Shown here one piece after another: positions 24,551-39,600 of a stretch of 64,000 bases of DNA. The DNA is from Gordius albopunctatus (Eukaryota). Numbering within the stretch: the first letter of the stretch is position 1; each line of letters opens with the position of its first letter. The notes under the pieces were generated by a model that saw only the letters and a list, made by a program, of their open reading frames with translations, was not told the DNA's origin and made no database searches. The stretch is from contig OZ193909.1 of NCBI GenBank assembly GCA_964276515.1, positions 4,030,001-4,094,000 of the forward strand, read 5' to 3'. A program made the position numbers and the translations under genes.

Positions 24551-26712
24551 ATAGACATCGTTTGGCCTTGCGCCTTATTGATTGTCATGGGAATGCCAAT
24601 CTAATTGGAAATTTTATGCGTTTGAATTCAATCGGCATATATGTGGGAATCATAGGGATTCGTGACAGCATACATGTTCACATCGAACCTTGCCATTCAA
24701 AATGCTGACTTCGAGTTTTTCATTAATATTTTAATGACACAGCCAATGCAATGCCTTTTTTGTATCGTATGTCGGCAAGAATTATCTAAATGAGAAATGT
24801 TTTGCCAGTTCTACCATATGTCTTTATTTTTGTATTTCGCTTATTAATGTAACTTTGTTTCTTGAAAATAAACTTTAACAAAAAAAAAAAAAAAGAAACC
24901 CCTTGTCCTGACGAAACTATCAGCATAATGCGGTCGTAAATGGTTTTTTGTTCATGAGTTAGTGGTGGGACATTGCGAGTAACAATCGCTGCCATTTCTA
25001 AAGTATTATACTGCAGTTCAAGACTCATATCAGTGTTGAGTAAATCAGATGTACATTGATTTGGTTAACTCATACCAAAATGACTAATTTTAAAAACATT
25101 CAGTCAACACTATAGCGAATAGTTGACGAATTTGTGTTCCTGTATAGTTTAATGCTGCTTCAGTAAGAATACTGTCCTGATAGTTGTCGTCTTCTAGCAA
25201 GCCTAATGTAGGGCATGCATCTTTATACGCTAGATACTGTTGTCCATTTACTTTACATATATCGTGAAATGACCATGAGCCGGTGCCATTAACCAACAAC
25301 AGTCGCAGTTGAAAGAACTAAGTCTGCATTGGATTCACTGTATATACACTATGTCGATGATTGATTAAAATATCCACATGGGCCATGATTATGTTTGTAG
25401 TAACAATATCAAACAATAATTTATCAGTACACGGATTTGGAATTTCTGCATAAATTAAACTATCAATGTCTTCAGGAGATATTTTGTCGATGAACTAAAT
25501 CAAAATGTGAGCAAGTGCTAATCCTCGTGTTGTATATTGCCAATTAATTTATTGAAGTAACCTAATAAGTGGTGGGAATAAAATTTAATTTAATTAGTGG
25601 TGTGAATAAAAGGTTGAGAAACTATTTATCGTCTGTGGGAGATTCCTAATTAATGGTTTGTTTAAGGCACTAATTAGAAACAGGCGAATATGTTAAAGGC
25701 ATTCCTCATGCAAATTGAGATGTGCAGTACATCAACCTGTCGTAAGGTTGAGGGCATCCCTAATGCAAATTGAGAAGTTCAGTACATCGACAGGGTTTAA
25801 ATAGCTGTATTTTTATCCTGCAAATAATAATATTTTTTTTCTTACTTAGAACTCGGTTGTCCTGTTGCAACTATCTCAGAAAACCTACACCACCCCTAAT
25901 CCAATACCTTCATTAGTCCTTCCACATCACCCAATATCACCTATTTTGCGCACTTATATTTTGACCGCGCACAAATAATTGATATCGTTTAACGCTTGCA
26001 TTTAAATCCAAGATATTGTTGTCTTGACAATTTGATTAAATATCATTATAAGTTATAACTCGTATTCGTCCATTGGATTTCTTTGGTGAACAATAAACTG
26101 ATTATCAAGTTTTAAAGTACTCATTCGAATACATCCAGCAACGTGCGGGGCAAAATATTATTGCGGATATGTTAATAAATAGAATACTTTTAATAAATAG
26201 AATACTTCAGCTCTTTTTTTATATGAAAGATTATTTAAATTGTTGCATTTTACAGTACTCCTGTATGACGTCATGAGGTTGCTTTTGATTGACATTTTAT
26301 TAAACGTCAAAACGTATGTAACAAAATAACTTGAACGTCTTATCACTTAGTGGTTTAAAAAATAGTTTAAAACCAATTCTCAGACCTACCAAATATTCGC
26401 AGAAATTTTTGTTGTTGTAGCCGCAACGTGCATTCACGCGATTAGCGAGTGCGCGTTCGCAGTCGCCACCACCCATAAAGTAAATTTGTAAAAATTTATA
26501 AGATTCTTTTGGCATCGGCAGCAATGAACCCCCTTTGTGAAAACCTTGCTTTTCATTTTAAACGTTGAATTAAATTGTTGACAGTTTTCAGCATTATTCT
26601 CAACTATTTCTTTTGCTCCGAACGATGTCATTTGGAAGCATAAATCGAATGTCCGAATTGACTTGAGGAACAGACTAGAATCAGGATCCGTACCGATAAG
26701 TAAACCGTGCAA
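24551..26712 (-). mobile_element. Helitron remnant (copy 2)
   Basis: Copy of 5855-8016. Confidence 0.9.
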
Positions 26713-26725
26713 TGGTTACAATAAA

Positions 26726-28089
26726 TCATTCGTTTTGACATAAATAAATCTTTTTGCCTGTGATAAAATTCTAATACATATTAAATAGTCCTTTCGAAAT
26801 CCCTATGCCCCTTGTGCTCCAGAAATATCTAATTAAACAAAAAGTATTGTTTTTTACAACATAGCCCTGTTACAAATAAATGCCCCTCATCAGGGAAGTT
26901 CGCTCCCCCAAACATAATACGTCCACCATCTACCTTAATATTGGATGATAACATTAATTTTAGCCCTTCTGGTACAGATATACCTAATCTAATACATCAT
27001 CAAACCTACTATACCACAAATGAAAAAAATGACATGACATGGAGCAGAGCCTTTTTATCTCAAGCATTCCCACCAACCATATCCAGAATTCCAAGGGGGG
27101 CCCTGGCGTGCATGCAACAGTTTTTAATAAAATTACTTAACAATATTATTTCTCTCCCTCCGAACCTATCCTATTGGAAGAAATTATTTAAATTCTCTTT
27201 TTACATTTGATATATTCCTCAAGACAAGGAAGCAATAATTACTCATAATAAACAGCCCTCCAGCATATAACATGGATAGAAAGGAATCCCAAATATTAAC
27301 CCCCAAACAAAAAGCGAAAAAAAACTCTAGAAAAATTCACTCATTCAACATCAAAAGCGCAATGAGATACCTCGAAGAAGACAATTCATTTTTGAGTCCT
27401 TCACAAAAATCATATGAAGAAATGGTTCTCAAACATCCCCAGAGTCTATCTTCTACTTACCTATCGCCCTCGCAACCTTCAGATATTGCTTTTAAGTCAT
27501 CAGACATTCGAGATGCCATCTTATCTTTTCCCATGGATTCTGCAGGTGGTCTCGACGGCATAAAACCAATTTTTTTAAAATATCTTATAACAATTGATAA
27601 TAATAACTCCTCCATCTTACTAGACTTACTCACCAAATTTTGTAACCTTTTAGTCAATGAGAGTATACCTAAAGAAATAACGCCCATAGTCTTTGGAGCT
27701 AAGCTTTTAGCTATTAGGAAGGCCGACAATTCAGCCAGGCCTATCCCTATCGGCGGTGTCTTCCGAAGAATTATTTCTAAATTAATTTGCTCGGCGATCA
27801 AACCAATATTGACCCCTACTTTAAAACCGCATCAACTAGGCTTCGGGGTCGAAGGAGGGTGCGAGATAGCTACCCATGCCGCAGGCTTAGCCCTGGAACA
27901 CCTCGCTCTGGGTGACTCCTTTATAAAACTGGATTTTAAAAATGCTTTCAATAGCATTCGCCGCACTGCCTTCATTAATGGTTTTATCAAGCTATTTCCC
28001 CAATACACCAACTACATCATTTTAAGTTCCGGATGTCCTTCGATTTCGAAATTTGGAGAATTCTTCCTTGAATCCGCAGAAGGGATCCA
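26726..28089 (+). mobile_element. CRE-like family A 5' half (copy 2)
   Basis: Copy of 8030-9393. Confidence 0.92.
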
Positions 28090-29003
28090 AATAAATATAT
28101 CGTTAATGGCAAAGTTAGTTAGAACTAGAAAGTAATTATTTAGAATACAAATTTGATTAAAATGTTTGTCATAAAATAAAATACGCATGCTCTCATTTAA
28201 AGTTTACAATTATATGTTCTTGATCCTTTGATAATGCCACTTTTATTTTTGTTTTACGTTATAATATGTGCAACTAATTATCAATTCTTTAAATAATATT
28301 ATTATCATTAAAAATCACTCTCATTTTGTGGATTATAACGCTATATTCAATAATTAATTCAAATATTATAAATTTTCAAGTCTTTTACATTTTACAGACA
28401 CGGTGAATTAGATAAAATGTTAAATTTGCTGGAACTATAAATTCAACTTTATATACATCAAAATTATTTATAGCTTATTTTTGATTTGCACTTTCCATAG
28501 AAAATATTATCTGTATGAATTAGTTCATTATATTTATTTTGTCAATGAGATGTCGTGTCGTGCTAGATCTTTAAGGAGTTTGTGTATTTATGTTCTTAGA
28601 AAAATATAAAAAGTTTTCCATTTGGATTTTTTTATCACTTATTTAATATTTTTAACAAAACATAAGAAATTTTAATTTCGTATAAATTTTTTATAAAATA
28701 AGTCGAGACAAGTCGAGAATTCTCGTCGAGACGAGATTTTTCTAAACCGAGACGAGATCTTGTGAAAGGGTTTTGTTGAATTTATTATAAGAGGGAGATT
28801 ATCCACTGTTTTAATGCATTTTTTGAAACAAAATTATTCTTCTCTATGACATTAAAATATTGCACCTTTAAAAATCAATGAGGCTATTTATCAAGTCTAT
28901 GCTATTTACTTATACTTTAAGGATGTCGCTGATCTCTTTATTTAGATACTGACCCCATGAAAAATCATTCACGGATATTGAGATAATTTTTTTCAAGATC
29001 GAC

Positions 29004-30634
29004 ATGTTCATTACATTACTCTGCTTCGGTGAGTTTTTATTTTTTCATTCAAAAATTATTATGTTATAAATCTATTTAGCCTTAACACTCATAACTGTGA
29101 GTTTGAGTGCAGACGTTAATCCACAGGTCATTAGTAAGCATCAAAATAGCGTGTATCATCAATAAATATAACCAAAATTACGTATTTTCACCGTTTAACC
29201 TTAAAACTGCCATGTACATATACGCGGCGGGAACTAGAGATGAAACTTGCTACGCTGAACTAGGAAATTTTTTGCAGCAGTCTTTGACACACGAATACAT
29301 TAGAAGGTAGTCAGGTTTTTTGAGCAAATATCAAGACTACAAAAACGATGCAACCGAAATTAAAATATTAAATGAGCTATTTGTCAATAATAGAATGACT
29401 ATAAATCCAAATTATGCTAACGCCGTAAAGAAAATATTTAGGGCCTTGGTGACCCCGACTAGTTACAATTCACCAGATCAAACTTTTAAAGCCATCAATG
29501 CTAAAGTAGCTCAGCCTACTCGTAACAGAATTCGGGATTTATTTTCCCCTAGAGATATTACAAGCAACACTCTTATAGCTTCTCTCAGCACTCTCTATTT
29601 TAAAGGACTGTGGGAAGTTCCGTTCGATAAGAGCTAATTTTTTAAGCCCACTTTATATTTTCTAATTAATTTTTGAAGATGAACGACTCAGCAAAATATT
29701 CATACAGAAGACGGTCGATATGTCTTAACACCCGTGATGAATATTGCTTAATTAGAGATCGAACAATATACAGACATGAGAGATTTGGCCAATTATTTAA
29801 TCTTGAATCACAAAGAGACCAAATTTAAAACGGTCCTAATTCTTCCCAATTCCAAATCAACGTTAAAAGCACTCAAATACAAACTTTTTATGGATCCTAA
29901 TATATTAGTGAATGCACTCAAGAAAGCTTCCATCAAAATTCCTAACATCTCCATACCTCTGATTGATCGTAAAACAAACTTGCAGATAGTATCGAGGTTG
30001 TTTCCAATAATGGTAATTTAGGATTGATAAAATGGGAGGGTGGAAATGGGTTTACATATTTCGGTCGTCCAGCGACCATTATCAATAAAAAAAGGGTAAA
30101 TTACAAGTGATGTGGATTACAAATAAGGAACGAAGGACGATTTGATAATGGTCGCTGGACGACCGAAATATCTAAACCCATTTCCACCCTCCCATTTTAT
30201 CAATCATAAATTACCATTAGTGGAAACAAATTGGATACTACATAATGGATTGGTATTACATAATTTTATTAAACTTGCAGATGAACACGATATTGGCGAA
30301 TTCTAATCTAAGTTGCATCTTTAAGTAACTATCGATATATATTTGGAGATGAATTTTATGTATAAATGTATATAACTGAACTTCCATTATGCATGTTTCC
30401 AGCCATAGTTTGAACAATATCGTCAAATCACGAGCCTTGTCGTTGGATAAAATGGTTCATAAAGTCAATTTTCAAATGAACGAAAAAGGAAGTAAAGGGG
30501 CAGCGGCCACTGGTGGAGCCCTCGAAGATAGAGCATTTGACAATATGTTTTTTAATAGACCGTTCTTGCATTTACTAATCGAAGTTGAGTCTGGAAATGT
30601 TTTATTTCCGGGAAGATATTCAAGCCCAGATTAA
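29004..30634 (+). pseudogene. Serpin pseudogene, copy 2 (foldback MITE at 29987-30270)
   Basis: Copy of 10308-11938 with the same lesions; FPGR instead of FLGR. Confidence 0.9.
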
Positions 30635-31939
30635 AGGCGATCGACCGAGACGCATTATGATGCATTTTTTTGAAATTTATAATCAAAAATATATGTAACA
30701 CAAAATTAGTTTAGATGATTGCATACATTTAAATATTATAGAAATGTTCTGTTTATATATAAAGCTTAGCCATCATATGGGTTAACAAGTGAGGAAGAAT
30801 TGAAAAAAACTTCTGGTGAGCCACAGTGAAAATCAAGATTAGCAAAGTAAAATCGTCGAAAAAAGACACACTTTTGAAAGTTTAAGGATTTTTACCATTC
30901 TTTATAGGTGATTGAGAAGCATGCCTTTTGAAAATAAAAATCCCAGCGAATAAGATACTCGATATTATTATGGTAATTATAATCTTATTATTATATTTAA
31001 ATCATATTCAGTAATTTTGTAAGAAATTTTTATATATTTTTTATATGCGCACTTTCTATCCTTTATTTCCTACTATTAAAAATGTACAAAATGTGTAATA
31101 ACAACTAATAACGATCAACCAATCGAATGATGATTTCTAGAAAATAAATGTAAGTATTAATGTAAGTGTTGGACGATGGCTGTGAGAAATTGCCGTGAAA
31201 TTAATCCGCTAGAATGAGCGACGACTACGAGTAAATTTAAGGTATTGGGTAAGGGGGACCGTTTGGTTCTTCCTTCATGCTACCGCTTGACCCACGAGAT
31301 TCAAAGATGAAAAATAAAATATCCCCCCCCCCGCCCCACAGGACTAACGAGTAGAAAAATAAATATATCATTGTATCATGGTCAAATGCCCGCTATTTAC
31401 ACCTTGTCGATGCACTTCTCATTTGCATGAGGGATGCCGACAGTTCCATGTACTGCACATCTCCACTAATATGAGGCATGCTTTTTATATATTTGCCTGC
31501 TTATAATTAGTGCCCATTATTCACATAACTAATTTTAGTTGGCAAGATACAACAGGCTATCCTTCCTAGCTCATTTGCATAAGCGAGTAAGTAAAGTGAT
31601 TCAACTAAAACTACAACAATATTCAATATTTCCTGGTTGTTTTGTTATTTAAAAGAATTGACTTTTCTACTAATAGTCAATTTTCAGTAAAAATGTTGTT
31701 AAACATTTGATTTATATTTTAAACTTAATTTTGGCAATTTCGGACACAGATTTAGAAATAAAGTTGACATATATGGGGTGATAAACTATCGTCTCTATTG
31801 ATAAAAAATGTCCTAACCCTTTCGTCACAGATATTAAATAAAAATAAGATTTTTTAATCAACTAACAAATTTTTTATATATGATAATGTACATAAAAGCA
31901 TATCTAGCCGCAAGCAATAGGAAAAATCATTATATTTGC

Positions 31940-34705
31940 CAATGCTTTTAACAGCATTCGAAGAGAAACCCTCATTAACACTTTTTTAGCTGTATCCACA
32001 CAATTTTTAAATTACATTTTATTAAGCTATGGTTCTATAACCAAGCTTAGATTCGGCGAATACCTCATTGACTCGTCCGAAGGCATCCAACAAGGAGATC
32101 CATTAGGCCCTCCTTTATTTTGTTTAGGCATTCATAATTCAGTCGAGGCTATATCATCTCAGTGTACCCTCGATTTAAATATTTTGTATCAACGACGCCA
32201 CACTATTTGGCCGCCCGGAGGAGATTAGTAAAGCTCTAGAAATCATCAAAAACTTTGAACCCACTCTAAATCTTAAATCATACTCGAAAAAATGTTAAAT
32301 CTTTTAGGTTCCCAACACTATTGACTTTCCAGTTTTTGAAACATTTTTAGTTTTAGAGAGAGAAAACATATAGGGAAGACCAGGGCTACTTTAGCCATAA
32401 AAAATTAAATCGCGTTTAAAAAAAACTAAAAACAATTTTTCCATTTTTTTTGTTGGAATATATTTTTAAGGTCTATTTTTACTATAGGAAAAATATTTGG
32501 AGGCAAATAAAAGTTTATCACAAATTAAGTTTAAAAAAACAAAAATCTAAAATATTTTGAAAATAACCGGATCTAGTCATAGCCGTTAGATTTTTTTTAA
32601 TGTATATATTGTTTATTTGAATGTAAGAACGTTATAAAAAACGAAGTGTTAAAATTCGAAAAATATAAGAGCGGGTAGAAAACAAAATAAAAAAATTATA
32701 ATTAAAAAGCGTCGCATGTATCATATAATAAAAGTTTAAAATTGTACTTTGCTATTAAAATACCAATTTTTTGTTTAACTATAAAATTTGTGGAATATTT
32801 AGAGGGCGGGCAGCGACGGCTGATATCTTTAAAAGGCTTGATGGCGGCAGGACCAAAAGTCTCAGAACATGAGGCAACGATAGGGGTAAAGATATTAGAG
32901 GGTAGGAGGGCTTCTGACGTTTTCACATCTTATAAGTTTATGCTAACTCAAATCAATAAAAATATTCTTTCATTATAAAAATGTAGAAAATACAAATGTA
33001 ATATGATTGTATTTTATATAAAAGAAATAAAAATAGAGTCAAGATGATAATCTGACTTAAGAACACTCAAAAGGCGGATTTAGCAATGGAAAAAGACTTT
33101 TAGTCGTTTTATAATGTATAATCATAGTCTATTTCTATTCCAAATAACACTATGTTAGATTATTAAACAAAATTTTTTGTTTTTTAATAAAAAATGGCTA
33201 GCAATAGCCCCTCTCCGACTAGCCCCGACCCCTATTTTCATAAACAATTAAAAGTTTAAGATGTTATATTGCATATAAAAATTTAATCATTAGACAATTT
33301 TTATATAGAAATCTCCCTTTATAAGATAAAAGTTAAATACATCCAAAATATTCAGCCTAAAAAATTTTATGTGCTAAATAAAAAATTTTGTAAAGGCTAC
33401 TAATAGCCCCGAAAAATAGTTTTTTCTCAATATAAATTTTAAATTTTATTTTTTCTAAGCATATTTTTTTGCTTATGGCTTATGGAAAAATACACATATG
33501 GTTTAAATTTTGCTTTAATATCAATATTATTTTACAAAATAATTAGAAAGATAATAGTAACCCCGGGCTACGACTAGCCCCGGTCTTTCCTACCTTTTGG
33601 GATCATCCATTGGCGGCGAAAAATCTCTTTTAAATTTGCTTCATAAGAACCTCGAAATATTAAAATCTAAAACGGAACTTTTAAAATGCTTGCCTGCACA
33701 TCACATTTTTTACTTAATCAAAAACTATTTCAACATTTAAAAGATTTATCATTGTTTTCGCTCATCTGCTGCATTTTGACACCAACACGTTTTAAAGTCG
33801 CACGAAGGCTTTTTAAAAACTTTATTAGAAAAAATTTAAAATTTAATACTAACAATCGGATTCAAGCATCCCTTCCAACCAAATATGGAGGATCAGGAAT
33901 TCGTCCTGGCGGCAGCCTATCGCTAGCTGCTTTTATTTCCTCTTTTAAGTCAGTCCAAAACTCAATTTTTAATCTCACAACATATGATTCCGACCCTCTG
34001 TTAACTCAAGCCTTGGAGCTTTGGAATTTGAATGTGACACCAGAGACTATTTAACCTCAAAGTACGAGACAAGATTGGGATTCTTGACTAGTATCGCGCT
34101 CCGTTGATTACCTTTTATCGAGCAGCGATGATAGCCAGCATTACAACCTTAGGTCCCTCGCTTTTTATGGTCCCAGTCACGAGTGGCTTGAAGCCTACCC
34201 ATGCAATCCCCTCAATCCGTGAGCCGTTAGATCCCTCTCTTGAAGGTAGGATGCGCCCTGACAGTTCTTCTCTAGTCCCCTGGCAAAATAGCCTATCCCT
34301 CAAATGGGATTTTACTTGTATTGACATATTTGCCTCTTCCCATTTTAATTACGACCCTATCGCTGCAGCAAAAGGGCGTAAAACTACAAAGTACTCTGCC
34401 CTTTTGGCATCCAATATTTTTATCACTGTCGTTGCCTCGTGCTCCTGTTCTTTTGGTAAGCAGGTAATGGGGTTTTTTAAAGAAATCGGAAAACGCTCAC
34501 CGAAATCTAAAATTTCTTAGTCCTTTTTACTCAGGCAACAACTAGGGATTATTATTCTACGATACAACTATAAATCCTTTGCCGACTGATGGCCCATTTC
34601 AGGAGATCATGATATAGATCTATGTATCTAACTAATAGGTCTTTATTTATTTTTGTATTTAGCTTATTTATGTAACTTTGTTTCATTAAAATAAACTTTT
34701 TAACC
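31940..34705 (+). mobile_element. CRE-like family B with nested MITE (32373-33590) and family C fragment (copy 2)
   Basis: Copy of 13243-16008. Confidence 0.88.
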
Positions 34706-35173
34706 ATAAAAATCATTGTATTAGTCAGATTTTGATTGCCATGATCGATATTAGTTAGTCTTAAATAGTTTTGTGATACAGTGTCAAATATAATTCTATA
34801 TTATTAGCCAGGTATGAAGAAGGTTATGCTCCCAAAAATTCGTTTAAATAAAAGGCATGTATTTTGTTGCCAAATTTTTTGGTAGACTCTTTTGATGAAA
34901 TTTTGACTTTTGCATTCGTCTTTAATCTATCGATTCTTGCAGAATTGTTTATCAGTTATCTTTGGAGTTAATTTGTTACGAGAAATTTCGATGGAAGGCA
35001 TTAATATGTTCACAAATCACAATAAAGTAAAGTAATGGTTAATAAATCGCTATAACTAATTTCGCCATGACTTTATTAGTTATCATGGCGTCAGGGGGTG
35101 GTAGGGAGGGGCAGCTGGCGCCCTCTAAATCCGAAAATACTTTAAAATTTCATAAAATTCTCATTTTGCCTCT

Positions 35174-35373
35174 NNNNNNNNNNNNNNNNNNNNNNNNNNN
35201 NNNNNNNNNNNNNNNNNNNNNNNNNNNNNNNNNNNNNNNNNNNNNNNNNNNNNNNNNNNNNNNNNNNNNNNNNNNNNNNNNNNNNNNNNNNNNNNNNNNN
35301 NNNNNNNNNNNNNNNNNNNNNNNNNNNNNNNNNNNNNNNNNNNNNNNNNNNNNNNNNNNNNNNNNNNNNNNNN
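35174..35373. other. Assembly gap (200 N)
   Basis: Flanks correspond to unit positions 16476 and 18323, so 1,846 bp plus any number of whole units are replaced by 200 N. Confidence 0.99.
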
Positions 35374-35700
35374 AACTGCACCTAGCTAGTTATCTAATCA
35401 TCAAACCTGCTAAATTTTTTATCATCCTTACCAACACCCTCGCTTATATTTAATTTCGCTGTTATTTGATTTTTATCGTTGCGTGTTTTGGTTTAATAAT
35501 AAAAATAAAGGATTTGACAATCTTTACAAAGCCCTAATTTATAAAACATGTTAAACCAGACTTCATGTGTTCATCATTAATACGTATTAAAACATAATCA
35601 TCACTAGTCAAATGTTTTGCCAATCTGTATTATCTAATTTTATAGCAAAACAAGCGAGCTTTATTTATTTATTTTTTATATAAATGACATTCACCAATAC

Positions 35701-36659
35701 CTTTACTGCAATCGTCGCCATAAAACCCTGTTTTGCAATAACAACGCTTTCTATTGCATTCGCCAGATTTGGGATCGCCTTTATGGCATTTGCATTCACC
35801 AGATTTTGAATCGCGTTCATAATGGCATTTGCATTCGGCAGATTTGGAATTGCGTTCATGGCATTCGCAATCTATTAACGATTCAAAATTATTACTCCTT
35901 GCATTTAAAATTACAGAAGATGTGCAATTTGGTAAAAAAAATTTTATATTAAATAAAAATATGGCTTTTTATTTATTGAAATTATATGAGAATAAATGTA
36001 TGAAGTAGTCATTTTAAATAGGTAACTATGAGTTTAAGATGTAAAAATGGTAGAATTTAAAAATGAGGAGTAAATTGAATTATATATTTTACTACTTAAA
36101 TCACAATAAAATTCTTCCCCCTAAATAAATATGCTGTAAAATTTAAATCAATGATTGAGAGGTGTACCTAGAGAACTCCTGAAATTACAACACAGAGAGT
36201 GTTAAAAAATTCATTTTTTAAATTAACTTATCACTGAAAATGAATTTTTAAGGTAGGATGTTTTGATCATTTATTGCTTTAATCATTGAAAATTTGGTAT
36301 TCAAAAATTTATTATAAAAAAATAAGTTGGTAATAGAGAGTAGTTAAGGTGGAATTTATGATGGGCTAAGTCAGATTTTACTCAAATGGGGATGCAAAGA
36401 AGATGCTCATGATTAACTGAGATGCATACTGATGATATTTTTAAATTCTAATCCTCATTTGGCTTAATATATAATAATATGTATTAACCATGAAATGCAT
36501 AGCAATTAAAAGAGGGGGGATAGGCACCCCTAGACATGTCCATAATAATAAAATAGTTAAATAACACACGCGATATATATATAGGATAATGATTAAACAT
36601 AATTTCATAACGTCAAGATGGATGAAACTTATTAAAACAAAGACTAAATCTTATATATA

Positions 36660-36690
<31 letters not shown>

Positions 36691-39600
36691 CTTGAACTGC
36701 AGTTGCTTCCATATTTGCCGATTGGGCATTCGCATTTGCCTTCCCAAGAGCATTTGTTTCCATTTTTCATATGCTTACAACTACAAACTAACAAATACAT
36801 TAGAGGTGAATTTAAGATATGATTATTGAATTTTTCAATTTTGATATAATTTAATAAGGGGACCCAGACCTTTTAAGTCATTTATTCTTATCTTAAACTT
36901 TAAATCTAGAAACTACAAATTTTTCATAAAAAAATTGATGAAAAAGTCATTATATCTATTGAAGGAAATTTTGTTAAATTTCCAAACTGTAAGCTCCTAA
37001 AATGTCGGAGTTAAAATAAAAAATATTATAAACATGTGAAAATCATTCGAAATAATAATCGATAATCACATACATCTCAACCTGATGGTTTCCAATTTTC
37101 AAATATAATCTAATTTTTAGTTTAGATTAATCTTAGAATGATTATTAGCCAGCTATATAAGATACTGTGACGGGTAATATTAACAATGTTGTTATATTAT
37201 ATTCGTCCCTGGTAAAATGTAATAACAAAAAACGGAATTAATCATTAAATTTGAGAATTTGATAAAGTCAGAAATTTTAGAATATATATATATATTTTTT
37301 TCTATGATTTAGTTATAGCTAAAAAAGATTTTTAAATATAAAATTGTAATAAGGTTTCATATTTTAAATAACCTTGATTACTGCCTTCTAATTTTAAGAT
37401 CGACTTTCTTTAAACCTCTTTTAACTCCTTATAGCATCTAGTTGCTTTGTTTTAAATGGATAGGAAGTGCGATAATTTTTAATGTTAAATTTATTAATAT
37501 CTTGATTAGAGTCATAAATATATCTATCTTCAATACCCAAATATAAATCAATATAAGTTTTGAAATATTAACAGTGACTTGAATTTCTTACGTAAGTTAT
37601 ATATAAATTTTTAACTCACTTATAAATAATGTCATTTAATTATTATTTGCAATATTCTTCTTAAAACACCGCAAAAGTAAGATTTTGATATCACTTATAG
37701 TTCAATAGTTTCTATTTAAAACTCAAATAACTCATTATGAACGAGTTGCACCAATTTCTATGGTGTTGTGACCTTTGTACACCTTCACAGTTATCACGAA
37801 CAAGCCAAATTTATCTCAAAATTTTATGAAACAAATTAACGACTTTATTAACCCTCGAGAGCACTCCTGAAAATCACGAACGCGAGAGCATTCGTGGGGT
37901 ATATTTGACCCCATTTTTTAACTTCTTATAACTTTTTAAGTATTTTTTTAAACCTTTCAAATTTTGAAAATGTGTTTATAAAGGTCTTAAGATTGATGGT
38001 ATAAATTTTGATATGAATCTAATCAACATTACAAAACTTATTAACGATTTTCTTGACCCCCATTTTTATTTTGACTATTTTAGAGTTTTACCTCTTGACA
38101 TCATATACCTTAAAATAAATCAAAATAAACGTGATTTTTTATTAAAAGAATGTCCAAAATATATTAAAAACACAAATTGTAAAAGATATCATCAAACAAA
38201 AAAAATACATACATTTTTTCCAATAGAAAAAAACTTACGTGAGAGCATTCGTGGGGTACACAGTTTAAAAAGTAGTGGGCCAAAAGTTATGAAATTTTCC
38301 TAAAACTTAGTTCTTGGTAAAATATTAGGCTACTGAAAAGGCCAGATTAATTCGTTTTTAAATGCATTTTATATTTGTGTTTGGACCCCACGAATGCTCT
38401 CGAGGGTTAATAGAGAATAATGTACCCGATTCACACAAACGACCATAAAATCCATCTTTGCAAACGCAGTATCCATTATGAGTCCACAGTGTTTGACTCC
38501 GAACGCACTCTGTAATTGCCCCAAAAATACATTTCATTTTTATTTTTTCAAATCGTTGGTTTATGCCATAGTAAATAGGTTTAGAAGTTACTTACTTTCG
38601 TTGCAGAGTTGCCCAACAACGTAATCCTGACAAATGCACATTCCGATTGGATTCACCTTTTTAGATGGACATTTACTCACTAAATAAACAATGAAGTTTG
38701 TTGCATATGAGTCTAGCTCAGAATTTTATTATTATTACTATTATATAGAGAGCGTAGTAATAATGTCTTTCATATAGATAAATTTTAACGGTATTTTAAT
38801 TAAATATGAACTAATTAATCTTAACCCCCTGCATTGAATTGGTTTTCTATTCATACATGTGTTTCCTTGATTTATACAACATAGATGATTATCAAAATGT
38901 TTTAATTGTGGCATTTAAAAGCAAGTTAAGTCAGCTGCTTTTTACTTTAAATCTCTCATCTGATTAGATGTTGATCCTATATGATATAAAAATTTAGTTT
39001 GGGTGAAGGTCATATACAAATAAATTAGGTTTTGTTGCAAAGTCCATATTTTGGTAAATGTAAAATAAATCATCCCTGACGCATATGTACAACTTATGAA
39101 AAATATGTATCAAACTTCAACGTGCGTTAGGACGACAGTTGGAGACTCTCAACCTTTTTAGGTTAAAATTGGATTACAAGAATGATCTGCTTTAAATCGT
39201 TTTTTATTCAATATAATTGTGGATGATAACTAGAGACATTTATAAGCCATCTGCTGTATGCTATATGCCGATGATATATTACTATGCGAAGGGACAAAGG
39301 AGAAAGTATTCTAAGAAGCCAAAAAATGGTCAAAGCGCTCAGCGGAATATGGTTTAAAGGTCAAAAATATAAAAACGGTGTACATGGAGATAAAGGTTAT
39401 AGACACCACATCATTAGATGATTATATGAAGTACCCAAAAGTAGATAGGTTTGCATACCTTGACTCGATGCAACATTAGGAGAGAGATTACGCAACACAC
39501 GTAAATGCCCGGATTCAAAAAAGATGGCTTAAATGGCGAAGTCTATCACGTGTAATGTGCGACAAGAAAATTCCACTATGGTTGAAGAACAAAGCTTACA

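Noticed and set aside
35067..35453. ORFs spanning the N run
   Set aside because: Artefacts of the assembly gap.
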